NCBI GenBank assembly: GCA_945787325.1
Contig: CALZHP010000002.1
Coordinates: 51,831 to 115,830, forward strand
Length of the DNA stretch: 64,000 bases
Direction: 5' to 3'
From: an uncultured Desulfobulbaceae bacterium
Lineage (GTDB): Bacteria; Desulfobacterota; Desulfobulbia; Desulfobulbales; BM004
Position 1 is the stretch's first letter. Each line of letters opens with the position of its first letter. Under the pieces are notes generated by a model that was not told the DNA's origin, did not search any database, and was given only the letters and a program-made list of their open reading frames with translations. Both the position numbers and the translations under genes were made by a program. Below are positions 29,253-39,285 of the stretch, one piece after another.

Positions 29253-30194
29253 TCAATTGCAAAAAACAAGTGACACCCATTCGTCAAGATTATCAGTTTT
29301 GAGATGTCGCAGCCCCAGATCAACATACTTCATTTTGGTGGACTTTTCCTGTTCGCCTTTCAGAATTCCAGAGAGGAGGAGAATACCACCGGGGCCCAAT
29401 AAGCCTGTTAGAACAGGGGCCATTTCATTTAATACATCATAAACAATATTGGCAACAATGAGATCATAACTTCCCTTTAAATCTTCAATTTTTCTGCTAC
29501 TCACTGATATTTTTGCTTCAAGAACATTCTGAGCTGTATTTTCACCTGCGACAATGACAGCATCAGGATCATTATCTATGGCAAGTACCTCTTTTGCGCC
29601 GAAAAGCGCACAGGCGATGGATAAGATTCCTGTGCCGGTACCAACATCAAGAACTTTCCTTAAATGATTCGGACTTTCTTTTAAGTATATTGAGTCAATA
29701 TGACGCAGAGCAAGTAGGGTGCTGGCATGGTGCCCCGTTCCAAAGGCCAGGCCGGGATCAATTTCAATGACAACTTCTCCAGTATGTTCTTCACCGGGAA
29801 CAGACGTGTAAGTTTCCCAGGAGGGTTTAATTATCACTCGCTGTGAAGCACGGAACGTTTTGAAATGCTTTTTCCAGTTATGCCCCCAGTCCTCTTCCAG
29901 GACGAGTTCCAGGTGTTCTTTTGGTAGAGGAATGCCTGGAAAATTTTCATTGAGATTTGCGAGAAATGATCTCAATACGGCTCTTTTTTTTTCTAAGGAT
30001 TCATCGACTGCTAGGTAGCCGATCACCGTCTCTTTTTTGGGGATGGTAGTTTTTTTAGATTCGATAGTTTCAACGCCAGATCCTGTGAGCTGCGAGAGGA
30101 AGGCCGCAACGGCTTCAGATATTTCAGGAGCTATATCTAGAGTAATTTTTTGCCACTTTCTTGCTGGTCTGTGATTAATGAAAGATGTCGACAT
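29253..30194 (-). CDS. prmA: Ribosomal protein L11 methyltransferase
   Basis: EEDW..WKKHF, IDPGLAFGTGHHAST, LDVGTGTGILSI, VANI, LSGIL. Confidence 0.96.
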   Translation of the reverse strand: MSTSFINHRPARKWQKITLDIAPEISEAVAAFLSQLTGSGVETIESKKTTIPKKETVIGYLAVDESLEKKRAVLRSFLANLNENFPGIPLPKEHLELVLEEDWGHNWKKHFKTFRASQRVIIKPSWETYTSVPGEEHTGEVVIEIDPGLAFGTGHHASTLLALRHIDSIYLKESPNHLRKVLDVGTGTGILSIACALFGAKEVLAIDNDPDAVIVAGENTAQNVLEAKISVSSRKIEDLKGSYDLIVANIVYDVLNEMAPVLTGLLGPGGILLLSGILKGEQEKSTKMKYVDLGLRHLKTDNLDEWVSLVFCN

Positions 30195-30218
30195 TTTTTC
30201 ATTATTAGTTGAAATATT

Positions 30219-31226
30219 TCAAATATTTTTATCCGGATCGGAGTTATTATTCTCAGGTCGTGGTGCTGTTACTTCATGTACGGTCCATTCATCGAGGCCT
30301 TCAGAATCACAGACGCGATCAGGGCAAGGTTCAACATCACAACAGTAACAATAGGATGACTCGCACGGGTCAACATGGACCATTACATCGCCTTCTTCAT
30401 CAAGTGCTTCAAGTAAAGCTTTTGTCAGCTCTTCCTGGGTCTCATGAACTTTATATAAGGGCCAGTGATTTGGCAGTGAGATGTGCAGATCGACATGATG
30501 GTGTCTTCCAGAGCGAATGCTTCTAAGCTTATGGGGGGCAGTCCATCCAGTTTTGGGGATTTTGTTTAAGGCTTCGACAACACGTTCAAGAAACTCCGGA
30601 TCTGCCTCATCCATCAAGTTTCTCAAAGAATTTCTGAAAAGTCTTACCCCATGAATAAGAATATTAAAGGCCACAAGGCAGGCAACAAATGGATCAAGCC
30701 ATACTATGCCGGAAAACTTGACCAGCATTAAACCGATAATAACACCAGCGCTTGTGTAAAAATCTGTAAGAAGATGTCTTCCATCCGCGGTAAGTGCTTC
30801 AGATTTGAGTTTTTTCCCTGAATGAAGTAGATACATGCCAACCAGCATGTTGATAGTACCGGCACCGAAAAGTATAAGGATTCCGGAATTAATATTTTGA
30901 GGTAGTGAAGGTGAAAAAAAGGATGGTATAGCTTCAACCAGTATCATTATGCCGGCAAGGGTTATAAGACCACCTTCAAGTCCTGCTGAAAAAGCCTCTA
31001 TCTTGCCATGCCCATATGGATGATCTTCATCTGCCGGCATGGTGCTGATATTAATACTTATAAGCAGAAAAAATCCCGTTATGACGTTGATAATTGATTC
31101 AATGGCATCAGAGAGAACTGCTTTGGAGCCTGTGAGGTAGAATGCAAAAAATTTAGCAGCCAGCAAAGTAAAAGAAGTGCTGAAAGCTATAATCGCTGCC
31201 CGGCGCAGTTGAGCTGTTTTTTCCAT
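30219..31226 (-). CDS. Cation diffusion facilitator (FieF-like) with Cys-rich tail
   Basis: LSDAIES, PADEDHPYGHGKIE, ADGRHLLTD, VHVDPC followed by several Cys. Confidence 0.92.
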   Translation of the reverse strand: MEKTAQLRRAAIIAFSTSFTLLAAKFFAFYLTGSKAVLSDAIESIINVITGFFLLISINISTMPADEDHPYGHGKIEAFSAGLEGGLITLAGIMILVEAIPSFFSPSLPQNINSGILILFGAGTINMLVGMYLLHSGKKLKSEALTADGRHLLTDFYTSAGVIIGLMLVKFSGIVWLDPFVACLVAFNILIHGVRLFRNSLRNLMDEADPEFLERVVEALNKIPKTGWTAPHKLRSIRSGRHHHVDLHISLPNHWPLYKVHETQEELTKALLEALDEEGDVMVHVDPCESSYCYCCDVEPCPDRVCDSEGLDEWTVHEVTAPRPENNNSDPDKNI

Positions 31227-31417
31227 TTTTATATACTAGGCAAATCATTATCTCTTTGCAAGATAACATGAAAGGACAGGAATATAAGATGTGAGGTGAT
31301 TGAGATTTTTTTTCAGGTCATCTATATGGAATCTTCTGTTGCAGCAACTTTCCTTGTTTCCTATTGTAGTATTAAGAACAACAAATCTTACAAATTCATT
31401 TATTCGGAAACGTTATT

Positions 31418-32179
31418 ATGAATGAAAAAAAAATGAAAGAGCTGCTTGAGCAAGTACGTACCGGACAGTGTGAAGTTGCCGATGCCATGGATCTTTTGAA
31501 AAGCTGGCCTGCCGAGAAGATGGATTTTGCATGCCTGGATCATCATAGATCGCTGCGAACAGGTTTTCCCGAGGTTGTATATGGCGAAAACAAATCTGCA
31601 GAGCAGATAGCTGCCATAATGGCAAAGATGATGAAACATTCCTGCGTATCTCTGGCTACCAGGGTTGATGCTGAAAAGGCTGAAGCTGTATGCCGTGAAG
31701 TCCCAGAACTTACATATCATGAAACTGCAGGCATGCTTGTAGGTAATGAAGAATGTATTGATACATCTGCCGGAAGTGGAACAATTGTGGTTGTGTCGGC
31801 CGGTACCTCTGATATTCCAGTAGCTGAAGAGGCTGCTCTTACGGCGCGATGTCTTGGCAATACGGTCGAAAAAGTCTTTGATGTGGGGGTAGCCGGCATT
31901 CATCGGCTGTTATCACAGAAGGATCTACTGCTGTCAGCAAGAGTACTTATCGTCGTTGCTGGAATGGAAGGAGCGTTACCAAGTGTAGTGGGGGGGCTGG
32001 TAGACAGGCCGATAATCGCGGTACCTACAAGCGTGGGATATGGTACTGGGTTCGGTGGTATTGCCGCACTTCTTGGAATGCTCAACAGCTGTGCCCCTGG
32101 TGTGGCGGTTGTAAACATCGACAACGGTTTTGGGGCTGGTTGTATTGCATCATCAATAAATAGATCACAGAGCTCTTAA
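31418..32179 (+). CDS. larB: Nickel-pincer cofactor biosynthesis protein LarB
   Basis: DHHRSLRTGFPEVVY, AGTSDIPVAEEA, DVGVAGIHRL, AGMEGALPSV, PTSVGYG, VNIDNGFGA. Confidence 0.95.
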   Translation: MNEKKMKELLEQVRTGQCEVADAMDLLKSWPAEKMDFACLDHHRSLRTGFPEVVYGENKSAEQIAAIMAKMMKHSCVSLATRVDAEKAEAVCREVPELTYHETAGMLVGNEECIDTSAGSGTIVVVSAGTSDIPVAEEAALTARCLGNTVEKVFDVGVAGIHRLLSQKDLLLSARVLIVVAGMEGALPSVVGGLVDRPIIAVPTSVGYGTGFGGIAALLGMLNSCAPGVAVVNIDNGFGAGCIASSINRSQSS

Positions 32180-32211
32180 TATATTGTCTATCACAAAAAC
32201 GTGAATGCAAA

Positions 32212-32239
32212 TTGACACTTTTCGCATGTAAGGTATAAT
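32212..32239 (+). promoter_or_regulatory. sigma-70 promoter of secDF
   Basis: TTGACA-N16-TATAAT, both boxes perfect consensus, about 100 nt upstream of secDF. Confidence 0.75.
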
Positions 32240-32337
32240 CGCACCGCACAAAGAAATAAATCGGGTTCGAATTGATCTTCTGTACCCGGTATTCATATTG
32301 AAAGAAATAATCATTTTTTAAGTAAGGAGCTTGACGG

Positions 32338-34932
32338 ATGAATACGTCTTTGAAATGGAAAATTTTTCTGTTGATATCGATAATCTTTTTTTCTGGATTG
32401 ATAATAGTACCTTCGATATATGACAATGCCCCCAAGTGGTGGGGAGATTATCTGGCCCCACAGGGAGGGTTGCGTAAAGGGCTTGACTTGAAAGGCGGTA
32501 TGCACTTGGTCCTCAGGGTTGATCTTGAAAAAGCCATAGAAAAATCACTTGACCTTGGAGCCCAGGACCTGAAGGAAGCGCTTGCCGAGAAAAAGATTAC
32601 AGCAGTAAGGACTAAATCAACAGACCCAAGTATCGTTAATTTTACTCTCCCCAATACCGGTGCGCTCGCTACTGTAGAAGATGTAATCACGGATGATTTT
32701 CCCGACTTTGATATTAAATCTTTTTCTGAGGAGGGGACCTTCCCACGCATTCAACTGAGTCTCAAGAGTGAAAAAATTGAATTTATTAACAAAAACGCTG
32801 TGGCCCAGTCTTTGGAAATAATCAGGAACCGTATTGACCAGTTTGGTGTAGCGGAACCGGTCATAATTCGCCAGGGTACAGATGAGATAGTGGTACAGTT
32901 GCCAGGAGAAAAAGATCCCAAACGGGCCATTCAGATATTGAAATCAACTGCTCTGCTTGAGTTCAAACTGGTAGATGACGAATCAAGAGTCGATCTTATA
33001 CAGCTAATCAGCCAGGCGGAGAGTTCAGGTCAATGGGTGCGTGGGCAGCTGAACAACAGCGCTAGCAGAAAACAACTCAACATGGCTCTGCAGAATAAAC
33101 TGCCAGCAGGAGCGGAAGTTTATTTCGAAAAAGTTGTTAATGCTCAGACCGGAATTGAGACTGAAAACCCTATTCTTATCAAAAGCCAGACAATGATGAC
33201 TGGCGACATGGTGAAAAATGCCCAGCCACGTATTGGCGGAAGTTTTAACGAGCCCGTTGTTAATTTGGACTTGAACAGCAAGGGTTCCAGGATTTTTGCC
33301 CGGGTTACGGAACAAAATGTGGGTAAACGATTTGCCATAATACTTGATGATGTAGTCCGTTCAGCGCCTGTTATTCGTGAAAGGATTCTTGGAGGTAGTG
33401 CACAGATTTCAGGTAATTTCACTTTTGAAGAGGCAACCGATCTGGCAATCGTTCTTAGGGTTGGCGCCCTGCCTGCACCTGTTTCAATTATTCAGAACCT
33501 AACTGTTGGCGCATCTTTGGGGCAGGACTCTATAGACAAAGGGTTCAGATCTGGTTTGCTTGGAACAATTCTGGTTCTTCTGTTTATGATTATTTATTAC
33601 AGGATGTCAGGGGTTATTGCCAATTTCGCCCTTATGATGAACATCCTGCTTCTTTTTGCCGGGCTTGCTGCGCTTTCAGCTACGCTCACACTGCCTGGTA
33701 TTGCAGGTATTATTCTATCAATCGGTATGGCAGTTGATGCGAATGTGCTCATATTTGAAAGGATGCGCGAAGAATTTGCCATCGGTAAATCTGTAAAATC
33801 AGGAGTTGAGGGTGGTTATGAAAAAGCGTTTTGGACCATTGTCGACTCTCAGGTGACGACCCTTATTACCGCACTTGCGCTGTTTTTATTCGGAACAGGT
33901 CCGATAAAGGGTTTTGCTGTAACACTTTCACTGGGTGTTACTTTCAACCTTTTTACAACTCTTTTCGGGACCAGGCTGGTATATGATGTGATGTACAGCA
34001 AGCGCTGGCTCAAACCTCTGAAGTTTTTCCAATTCATTAAAAAACCAGATATAGATTATATGAAGGTGAAAAATATTACCTTCGCTATTTCCGGTATTTT
34101 GGTTCTGGTCGGCCTCTTGGCTTTTATGCAGATTACCAGGGGTAAAGCCAACCTTGGTGTAGATTTCACCGGTGGCACCATTGTGCAATACAAATCCTCC
34201 AAAGAGTTTGCTTTGGAAAATGTGCGTTCAATTCTTAACGATAACGGGCTTGGGGGCGTGGTGCTGCAACAGGTCGAAAATGAAAATCGTCTCATCGTTA
34301 AGTTGAAGAAAAGCGAGGAAGTAGTTGGAGACCTAGGTGATGAGATTGCCCAAATATTGAATAATAATTTGGCGGAAATGAATTTCATCATGGAGAGTCA
34401 ATCGGCTATTGGCTCGTCTGTGAGCGAGGTTCTCAGGAATAAAGCCCTGCTGGCAATTGCCATTTCCCTTTTCGGGGTAATCTGTTATCTGGCGTTCCGG
34501 TTCGATCTTTCATTCGGATTTGCCGCCGCAATTGCTACTTTTCATGATGTGCTTGTGGTGCTTGGAATCTGTTTTATTTTCAATATCGAAATTACCCTGT
34601 TAATTGTGACAGCATTGCTGACTCTTGCTGGGTATTCATTAAACGATAGTGTTGTTGTTTTTGACCGCATACGTGAAAACCTGCACAAGTCATCCCAGGG
34701 AATGCTTGGCAAAAAGAATTTCGCAGGAATTATTAATATAAGTATTAATGAGGTGATAAGTAGAACGATTGTAACATCGCTTACATCGGCATTGGTTTTA
34801 CTTGCTCTTTTTCTACTGGGCGGTTCGGTCATCCATGATTTTTCCTTTGCACTTCTTACTGGTGTTGCAGTCGGTACATACTCATCTATTTTTATTGCCA
34901 GCCCACTGCTTAGTATGTGGCGCAAGGAATAA
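32338..34932 (+). CDS. secDF: Fused protein translocase subunit SecDF
   Basis: SecD motifs (GLDLKGG, RIDQFGVAEP, GMAVDANVLIFER) and SecF motifs (GVDFTGG, FHDV, GYSLNDSVVVFDRIRE, GTYSSIFIA) in one ORF. Confidence 0.97.
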   Translation: MNTSLKWKIFLLISIIFFSGLIIVPSIYDNAPKWWGDYLAPQGGLRKGLDLKGGMHLVLRVDLEKAIEKSLDLGAQDLKEALAEKKITAVRTKSTDPSIVNFTLPNTGALATVEDVITDDFPDFDIKSFSEEGTFPRIQLSLKSEKIEFINKNAVAQSLEIIRNRIDQFGVAEPVIIRQGTDEIVVQLPGEKDPKRAIQILKSTALLEFKLVDDESRVDLIQLISQAESSGQWVRGQLNNSASRKQLNMALQNKLPAGAEVYFEKVVNAQTGIETENPILIKSQTMMTGDMVKNAQPRIGGSFNEPVVNLDLNSKGSRIFARVTEQNVGKRFAIILDDVVRSAPVIRERILGGSAQISGNFTFEEATDLAIVLRVGALPAPVSIIQNLTVGASLGQDSIDKGFRSGLLGTILVLLFMIIYYRMSGVIANFALMMNILLLFAGLAALSATLTLPGIAGIILSIGMAVDANVLIFERMREEFAIGKSVKSGVEGGYEKAFWTIVDSQVTTLITALALFLFGTGPIKGFAVTLSLGVTFNLFTTLFGTRLVYDVMYSKRWLKPLKFFQFIKKPDIDYMKVKNITFAISGILVLVGLLAFMQITRGKANLGVDFTGGTIVQYKSSKEFALENVRSILNDNGLGGVVLQQVENENRLIVKLKKSEEVVGDLGDEIAQILNNNLAEMNFIMESQSAIGSSVSEVLRNKALLAIAISLFGVICYLAFRFDLSFGFAAAIATFHDVLVVLGICFIFNIEITLLIVTALLTLAGYSLNDSVVVFDRIRENLHKSSQGMLGKKNFAGIINISINEVISRTIVTSLTSALVLLALFLLGGSVIHDFSFALLTGVAVGTYSSIFIASPLLSMWRKE

Positions 34933-34955
34933 TCCGGGGAAATCTGCTATTTTTT

Positions 34956-35006
34956 AGGGGCACATGTTGCGTGGCAGTTTACACGTTCATGTGCCTCTTG
35001 CTTTTT
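34956..35006 (+). terminator. Terminator-like hairpin after secDF
   Basis: AGGGGCACATG...CATGTGCCTCT then TGCTTTTT. Confidence 0.55.
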
Positions 35007-35103
35007 CCTTTATTTTTTATGAAATATTCGGGCTAGCCACGAAAATTAAGATTGATGAAATTTATTATCGAATTGAAGATATATATCTTCAAGATAAGCT
35101 GAT

Positions 35104-35841
35104 ATGGATATGCAATTACCAAAAAATGTTAAGAAGCTTAAGGATAATGAACGGTTTTCCTTTGCATGCAATCCTTCCGTGGAGTGTTTTACTGACTGTT
35201 GCCGTGAACTTGAACTTGCGCTCACCCCTTATGATGTTATGCGGCTAAAAAACAAACTCCAAATGACCTCTGAGGAATTCCTGAAGCGTTATGTTGTTAT
35301 AGAAGCGGAAATGGGCCAATTCCCCCGCTTTTACCTTGGAATGGTTGATGATGGCAAGGCAAGCTGCCCATTTGTTTCTGCTGCAGGATGCAAGGTTTAC
35401 GATAGCCGGCCGGGGCCTTGCCGAGCTTATCCTGTTGGCCGTGCCGCATCAATTGCCGAAGATGGTAGCAATATTGCGTTTCATGTTTTGCTGTCCGAGC
35501 CTCACTGCCAAGGATCTGGTGGTTCCACGCAGTTTACCGCCAAGGAGTGGATGAGCGACCAGGAACTTGATCTGTACAATGAGTTTAATGATGATTTCAT
35601 GGGACTGCTTCAACATCCCAAGATAAGAGAGGGATTTAGCTTGTCGAAGGAACAGATTCAAATGTTTACTCTTTCCTTGTATAATCTTGATGAATTTCGA
35701 TCTTACGTTTCGAGTGATAAATTTTCATTGAAATATTCTTTGAATAAAAATGAACTTCAGCGCATTAATTCTGATGACAGCGCTTTGCTGCGTTATGCTG
35801 TTCGTTGGCTGAAGAAAGAATTGTTTGGGAGTGGATCGTGA
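35104..35841 (+). CDS. YkgJ-family (CxxCxxCC) cysteine-cluster protein
   Basis: FAC..VECFTDCC, CPFV..GCKVYDSRPGPCRAYP. Confidence 0.9.
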   Translation: MDMQLPKNVKKLKDNERFSFACNPSVECFTDCCRELELALTPYDVMRLKNKLQMTSEEFLKRYVVIEAEMGQFPRFYLGMVDDGKASCPFVSAAGCKVYDSRPGPCRAYPVGRAASIAEDGSNIAFHVLLSEPHCQGSGGSTQFTAKEWMSDQELDLYNEFNDDFMGLLQHPKIREGFSLSKEQIQMFTLSLYNLDEFRSYVSSDKFSLKYSLNKNELQRINSDDSALLRYAVRWLKKELFGSGS

Positions 35842-36533
35842 AGGCCTTCAATGAAATTGATGATTTCCCTCTGGGTAAAGAGTTAACCAACCATCTCTGC
35901 AAAATTTCTGCTGAATACCAGGATGGCGAGGGTGGATGCCATGGACCTGATCATGTTGTGAGGGTGCACCAGACTGCTTTGTATATCGGTAAATTGATGG
36001 GGGCTCAGTTGGACGTATTAAGTGCTGCGGCCCTTCTGCATGATATCGGTCGCAAGATTGAAATGGAAAAGCAGGGAGGGATATGTCATGCTGAAAAGGG
36101 CGCTGAGCTAGTTTATGATATATTACGTGACCTGGACTTTCCGAACGAGAAGATAGATGAAGTGGCACACTGTATAGAGACGCATCGGTATAGGAATGAA
36201 AAGGTCCCGAAAACTCTGGAAGCCAAAATTTTATTTGACGCAGATAAACTTGATTCAATCGGAGCCATTGGAATAGGCAGGGCATTTTTGTTTGCTGGAC
36301 AAGTCGGAGCAAAGCTGCATAATGGTGACGCAGATATTCTTGCCAGCAGATCATACTCAACGGATGATACAGCTTATCGGGAATTCAAGGTCAAGATGTC
36401 TAAAGTAAAAGACCGTATGTTGACTCAAATGGGAAGGCAGCTTGCATGGGAGCGCCACGCGTTCATGGAAATATTTTTTGACAGGCTCGAAAAAGAGATC
36501 GAAGGGAGTGCAGTCTCCTCGGATTGTGATTAA
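35838..36533 (+). CDS. HD-domain phosphohydrolase
   Basis: HGPDHVVRV, ALLHDIGR, H, DADKLDSIGAIGIGR; GTG start overlaps the upstream TGA. Confidence 0.9.
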   Translation: MKAFNEIDDFPLGKELTNHLCKISAEYQDGEGGCHGPDHVVRVHQTALYIGKLMGAQLDVLSAAALLHDIGRKIEMEKQGGICHAEKGAELVYDILRDLDFPNEKIDEVAHCIETHRYRNEKVPKTLEAKILFDADKLDSIGAIGIGRAFLFAGQVGAKLHNGDADILASRSYSTDDTAYREFKVKMSKVKDRMLTQMGRQLAWERHAFMEIFFDRLEKEIEGSAVSSDCD

Positions 36534-36584
36534 TAAAAATTATAATGTTAAGCCGATAGATGTTTGCCAATAGATATAAAGGGA

Positions 36585-36848
36585 CTAGCCCGAATATTTC
36601 ATGAATCATTTTGAAAAGTTTGTATAACATCTTAATTTATCGACTGTGCCAGCACATTGCTAAAAGGTTTTTTGAAATCCAATTTGTACCAAACAGGTGA
36701 AGTATTATATATTCAATATTACTCACCAAAGGGTGAGCCAATCAGGCCGAATCTACTTCGGTTTAAAGCAATTCGCATACTTCAGTATAGCGAATCACTT
36801 TGAACCTCGTATCTTCAACCAACTTGACTCGTGAAATATCCAGGTTAG
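36585..36848. mobile_element. MITE-like non-coding element with imperfect terminal inverted repeats
   Basis: Left CTAGCCCGAATATTTCATGAATCA and right TGACTCGTGAAATATCCAGGTTAG (19/24 match as an inverted pair); internal hairpins; further end copies at 5092, 21884 and 35020. Confidence 0.6.
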
Positions 36849-36883
36849 ACTGGCAATCTTACTGACCGATTATAGGTGATTTT

Positions 36884-37708
36884 ATGGCAGATAAAGTGAA
36901 AGCCATTGTGCTTACAGGCTATGGAACTAACTGTGAAGTTGAAATGGCTCATGCATGTAAACTGGGTGGGGCCGACCAGGTGGACATAGTCCATATGAGT
37001 GAGCTTGTTCACGGCGAGTATTCATTGGATGACTATCATTTCTTGAACCTGCCAGGTGGTTTTCTGGATGGTGATGATCTTGGCGCCGGTCAAGCGGGTG
37101 CACATCGTATCAAGTACATTACGGTTAAAAGCACCGGGGAAAAGCTCATGGATCAGATGCTAAGGTTCATAAGAGATGGCAAGCTTGTGATTGGTGTTTG
37201 TAATGGGTTCCAGCTTATGGTCAAAATGGGACTTCTTCCAGGCTTTGATAATAATTATGAAGAACGCGAAGTTAGCTTAACATATAACGATTCAAGCAAG
37301 TTTGAAGATCGCTGGGTTACCCTGGCGGTAGATGAAAGTTCCCCTTGTGTGTTTACAAGGGGTTTAAAACAACTTTACTACCCGGTCCGCCATGGTGAAG
37401 GTAAGTTTGTCTCAAAGAATGATTTGGTTCACAAACGTATCCAGGATAATAATCTCGTTGTATTACGTTACAGTGATCCGAAAACAGGTGAGGCGACAAT
37501 GAAATATCCGGAAAACCCTAACGGTTCCCCGGACGCAATTGCAGGAATTTGTGATCCCACTGGAAGACTGTTTGGTTTGATGCCTCATCCCGAAGCTTTT
37601 TTGCACAGGACTAATCACCCTCGGTGGACAAGAGAAGAGCTTCCCGATGAAGGTGAGGGGGTAGCCCTGTTCCGGAACGGAATAGATTTTATCCGCGAAA
37701 ATCTATAA
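36884..37708 (+). CDS. purQ: Phosphoribosylformylglycinamidine synthase subunit PurQ
   Basis: GTNCE, PGGFLDGDDLGAG, GVCNGFQ, HGEG, NPNGS, MPHPE. Confidence 0.96.
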   Translation: MADKVKAIVLTGYGTNCEVEMAHACKLGGADQVDIVHMSELVHGEYSLDDYHFLNLPGGFLDGDDLGAGQAGAHRIKYITVKSTGEKLMDQMLRFIRDGKLVIGVCNGFQLMVKMGLLPGFDNNYEEREVSLTYNDSSKFEDRWVTLAVDESSPCVFTRGLKQLYYPVRHGEGKFVSKNDLVHKRIQDNNLVVLRYSDPKTGEATMKYPENPNGSPDAIAGICDPTGRLFGLMPHPEAFLHRTNHPRWTREELPDEGEGVALFRNGIDFIRENL

Positions 37709-37836
37709 TTAACTTTTTGTCACAATGAATTGTGTTGAATACTCAGATTTTTGTACTTTTACAGATATATATGCCTGACATATTTTTTAGATCCAGATAA
37801 ACCCGGGCATTGGTGATAAATGAAATTGAGGTCCAC

Positions 37837-38469
37837 TTGTCTATACTTAAACTCGTAATATTTGATTGTGACGGAGTTTTATTCGACTCCAAGGAAGCAA
37901 ACAGATTTTACTATAACAGAATTCTCGACCACTTTGGCCACCCGCCGATGGATGACGAAGAGTTGGGATATGTGCATTCCCATAATGTTATGGATTCTGT
38001 GGATTTTATTTTCAGGAGATATTCTCCTGAGCAAATCACAGAGGCACATGATTACAGAAAGGCGGTCGATTATGCACCTTATCTGGAGCACATGATAATG
38101 GAGCCCGATCTGTTAGAGTTTCTTGATTTTCTTAAACCGGATTACCATACGGCGATAAGTACAAATAGAACAACCACAATGCCAACTGTCCTGAAAATAT
38201 TTGGGCTGGAAGGTAAATTTGAAAAGGTTGTTACAGCTCTTGATGTACAAAAACCTAAACCGCACCCGGAAGCACTGGTCAATATACTCAATCATTTTGA
38301 CCTTTCAGTGGAAGAGTCTGTATTTATAGGTGACTCCATGGTAGACAAGGAACATGCTGCTGGGATCGGTATGAGACTTATCGCCTTTAAAAGTCCTGAC
38401 CTGCCAGCGGATTACCATGTGAGCAGTTTCATGGAAATTACCGAATTGCCGATTTTCAAATCAAATTAA
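37837..38469 (+). CDS. HAD-family hydrolase (phosphoglycolate phosphatase-like)
   Basis: FDCDGVL, TN, KPHPE, IGDS..D; TTG start at 37837 after GAGG. Confidence 0.9.
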   Translation: MSILKLVIFDCDGVLFDSKEANRFYYNRILDHFGHPPMDDEELGYVHSHNVMDSVDFIFRRYSPEQITEAHDYRKAVDYAPYLEHMIMEPDLLEFLDFLKPDYHTAISTNRTTTMPTVLKIFGLEGKFEKVVTALDVQKPKPHPEALVNILNHFDLSVEESVFIGDSMVDKEHAAGIGMRLIAFKSPDLPADYHVSSFMEITELPIFKSN

Positions 38470-38507
38470 ACAGAATTACTAAGCAGCATTCAAGGGAGGA
38501 GAGTATC

Positions 38508-39005
38508 TTGAACCTGCAAGCATCTCATGAAATTCTATTAGCTGGTAACAGCTTTGAAGATTGCCGGAAAAAAGTGCTTCGTTTCTTTGATCGAATATTG
38601 CTGGTCAAATACGAGAAAATCACAATTGATGAAGAAAGGTCGCTTTCATCTGTCGATCAGGATTTCTGGAGCAGGGTGGATCAGGGAATAGCTATCAATA
38701 AACAAGTTATTCATGGCCTGGTAGAGGAATTAAAAGGTGAAGGGCTGCAGACCATGGATGATTTGAAAGATCTGCAGCGCGGATATTTAAGCAGTATGTT
38801 TCATACTGCCATTCATCTGCTAGATGGTTTTTTCGGAATTGACTCCTTCTTTTATAACCTGGAAGAGGACTCTCACGGTCTTTCTGGAAATATGAGTGGA
38901 ATTATTGAAAGATCATCCAACATCTACTGGCTTATCAGTGTTAAAGCCGGTTCCGATAAGGATAGATTTGAACAGTTCGACAGTCTCCGTTCGGCCGGTA
39001 AATAA
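38508..39005 (+). CDS. Hypothetical protein
   Basis: 165-aa ORF with GGAGG RBS; no family recognised. Confidence 0.7.
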   Translation: MNLQASHEILLAGNSFEDCRKKVLRFFDRILLVKYEKITIDEERSLSSVDQDFWSRVDQGIAINKQVIHGLVEELKGEGLQTMDDLKDLQRGYLSSMFHTAIHLLDGFFGIDSFFYNLEEDSHGLSGNMSGIIERSSNIYWLISVKAGSDKDRFEQFDSLRSAGK

Positions 39006-39024
39006 TAAACTGTCAAAAAAGTAA

Positions 39025-39267
39025 TCAGTGATGATGGTGATGATGGTCGTTCTTATCTTCCAAGGGCCCGCCAATTTTTTCAAGTGCTTCAGCAAGTGCT
39101 GTATTAGCATCCTTCATACATGAAACAGCTTTGTTAACAAGTAAAGCTATTTCCGAAGCATCACTTTGTTTCATAATATCGGACCACTTTTGGAACTCAG
39201 CCTCATGGCTATGGTTATGTTCAATCCAGTGTGGCAGCAAAACCCTTAGTTTATCAATATCGTTCAA
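39025..39267 (-). CDS. Small His-rich protein, putative metal chaperone
   Basis: HWIEHNHSH motif and C-terminal DHHHHH; GGAG RBS; directly downstream of cooT. Confidence 0.8.
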   Translation of the reverse strand: MNDIDKLRVLLPHWIEHNHSHEAEFQKWSDIMKQSDASEIALLVNKAVSCMKDANTALAEALEKIGGPLEDKNDHHHHHH

Positions 39268-39285
39268 TGCAAATATCTCCTTATC

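Noticed and set aside
32338-34932. SecD-SecF fusion as a novelty
   Set aside because: Fused SecDF is well known in many bacteria.
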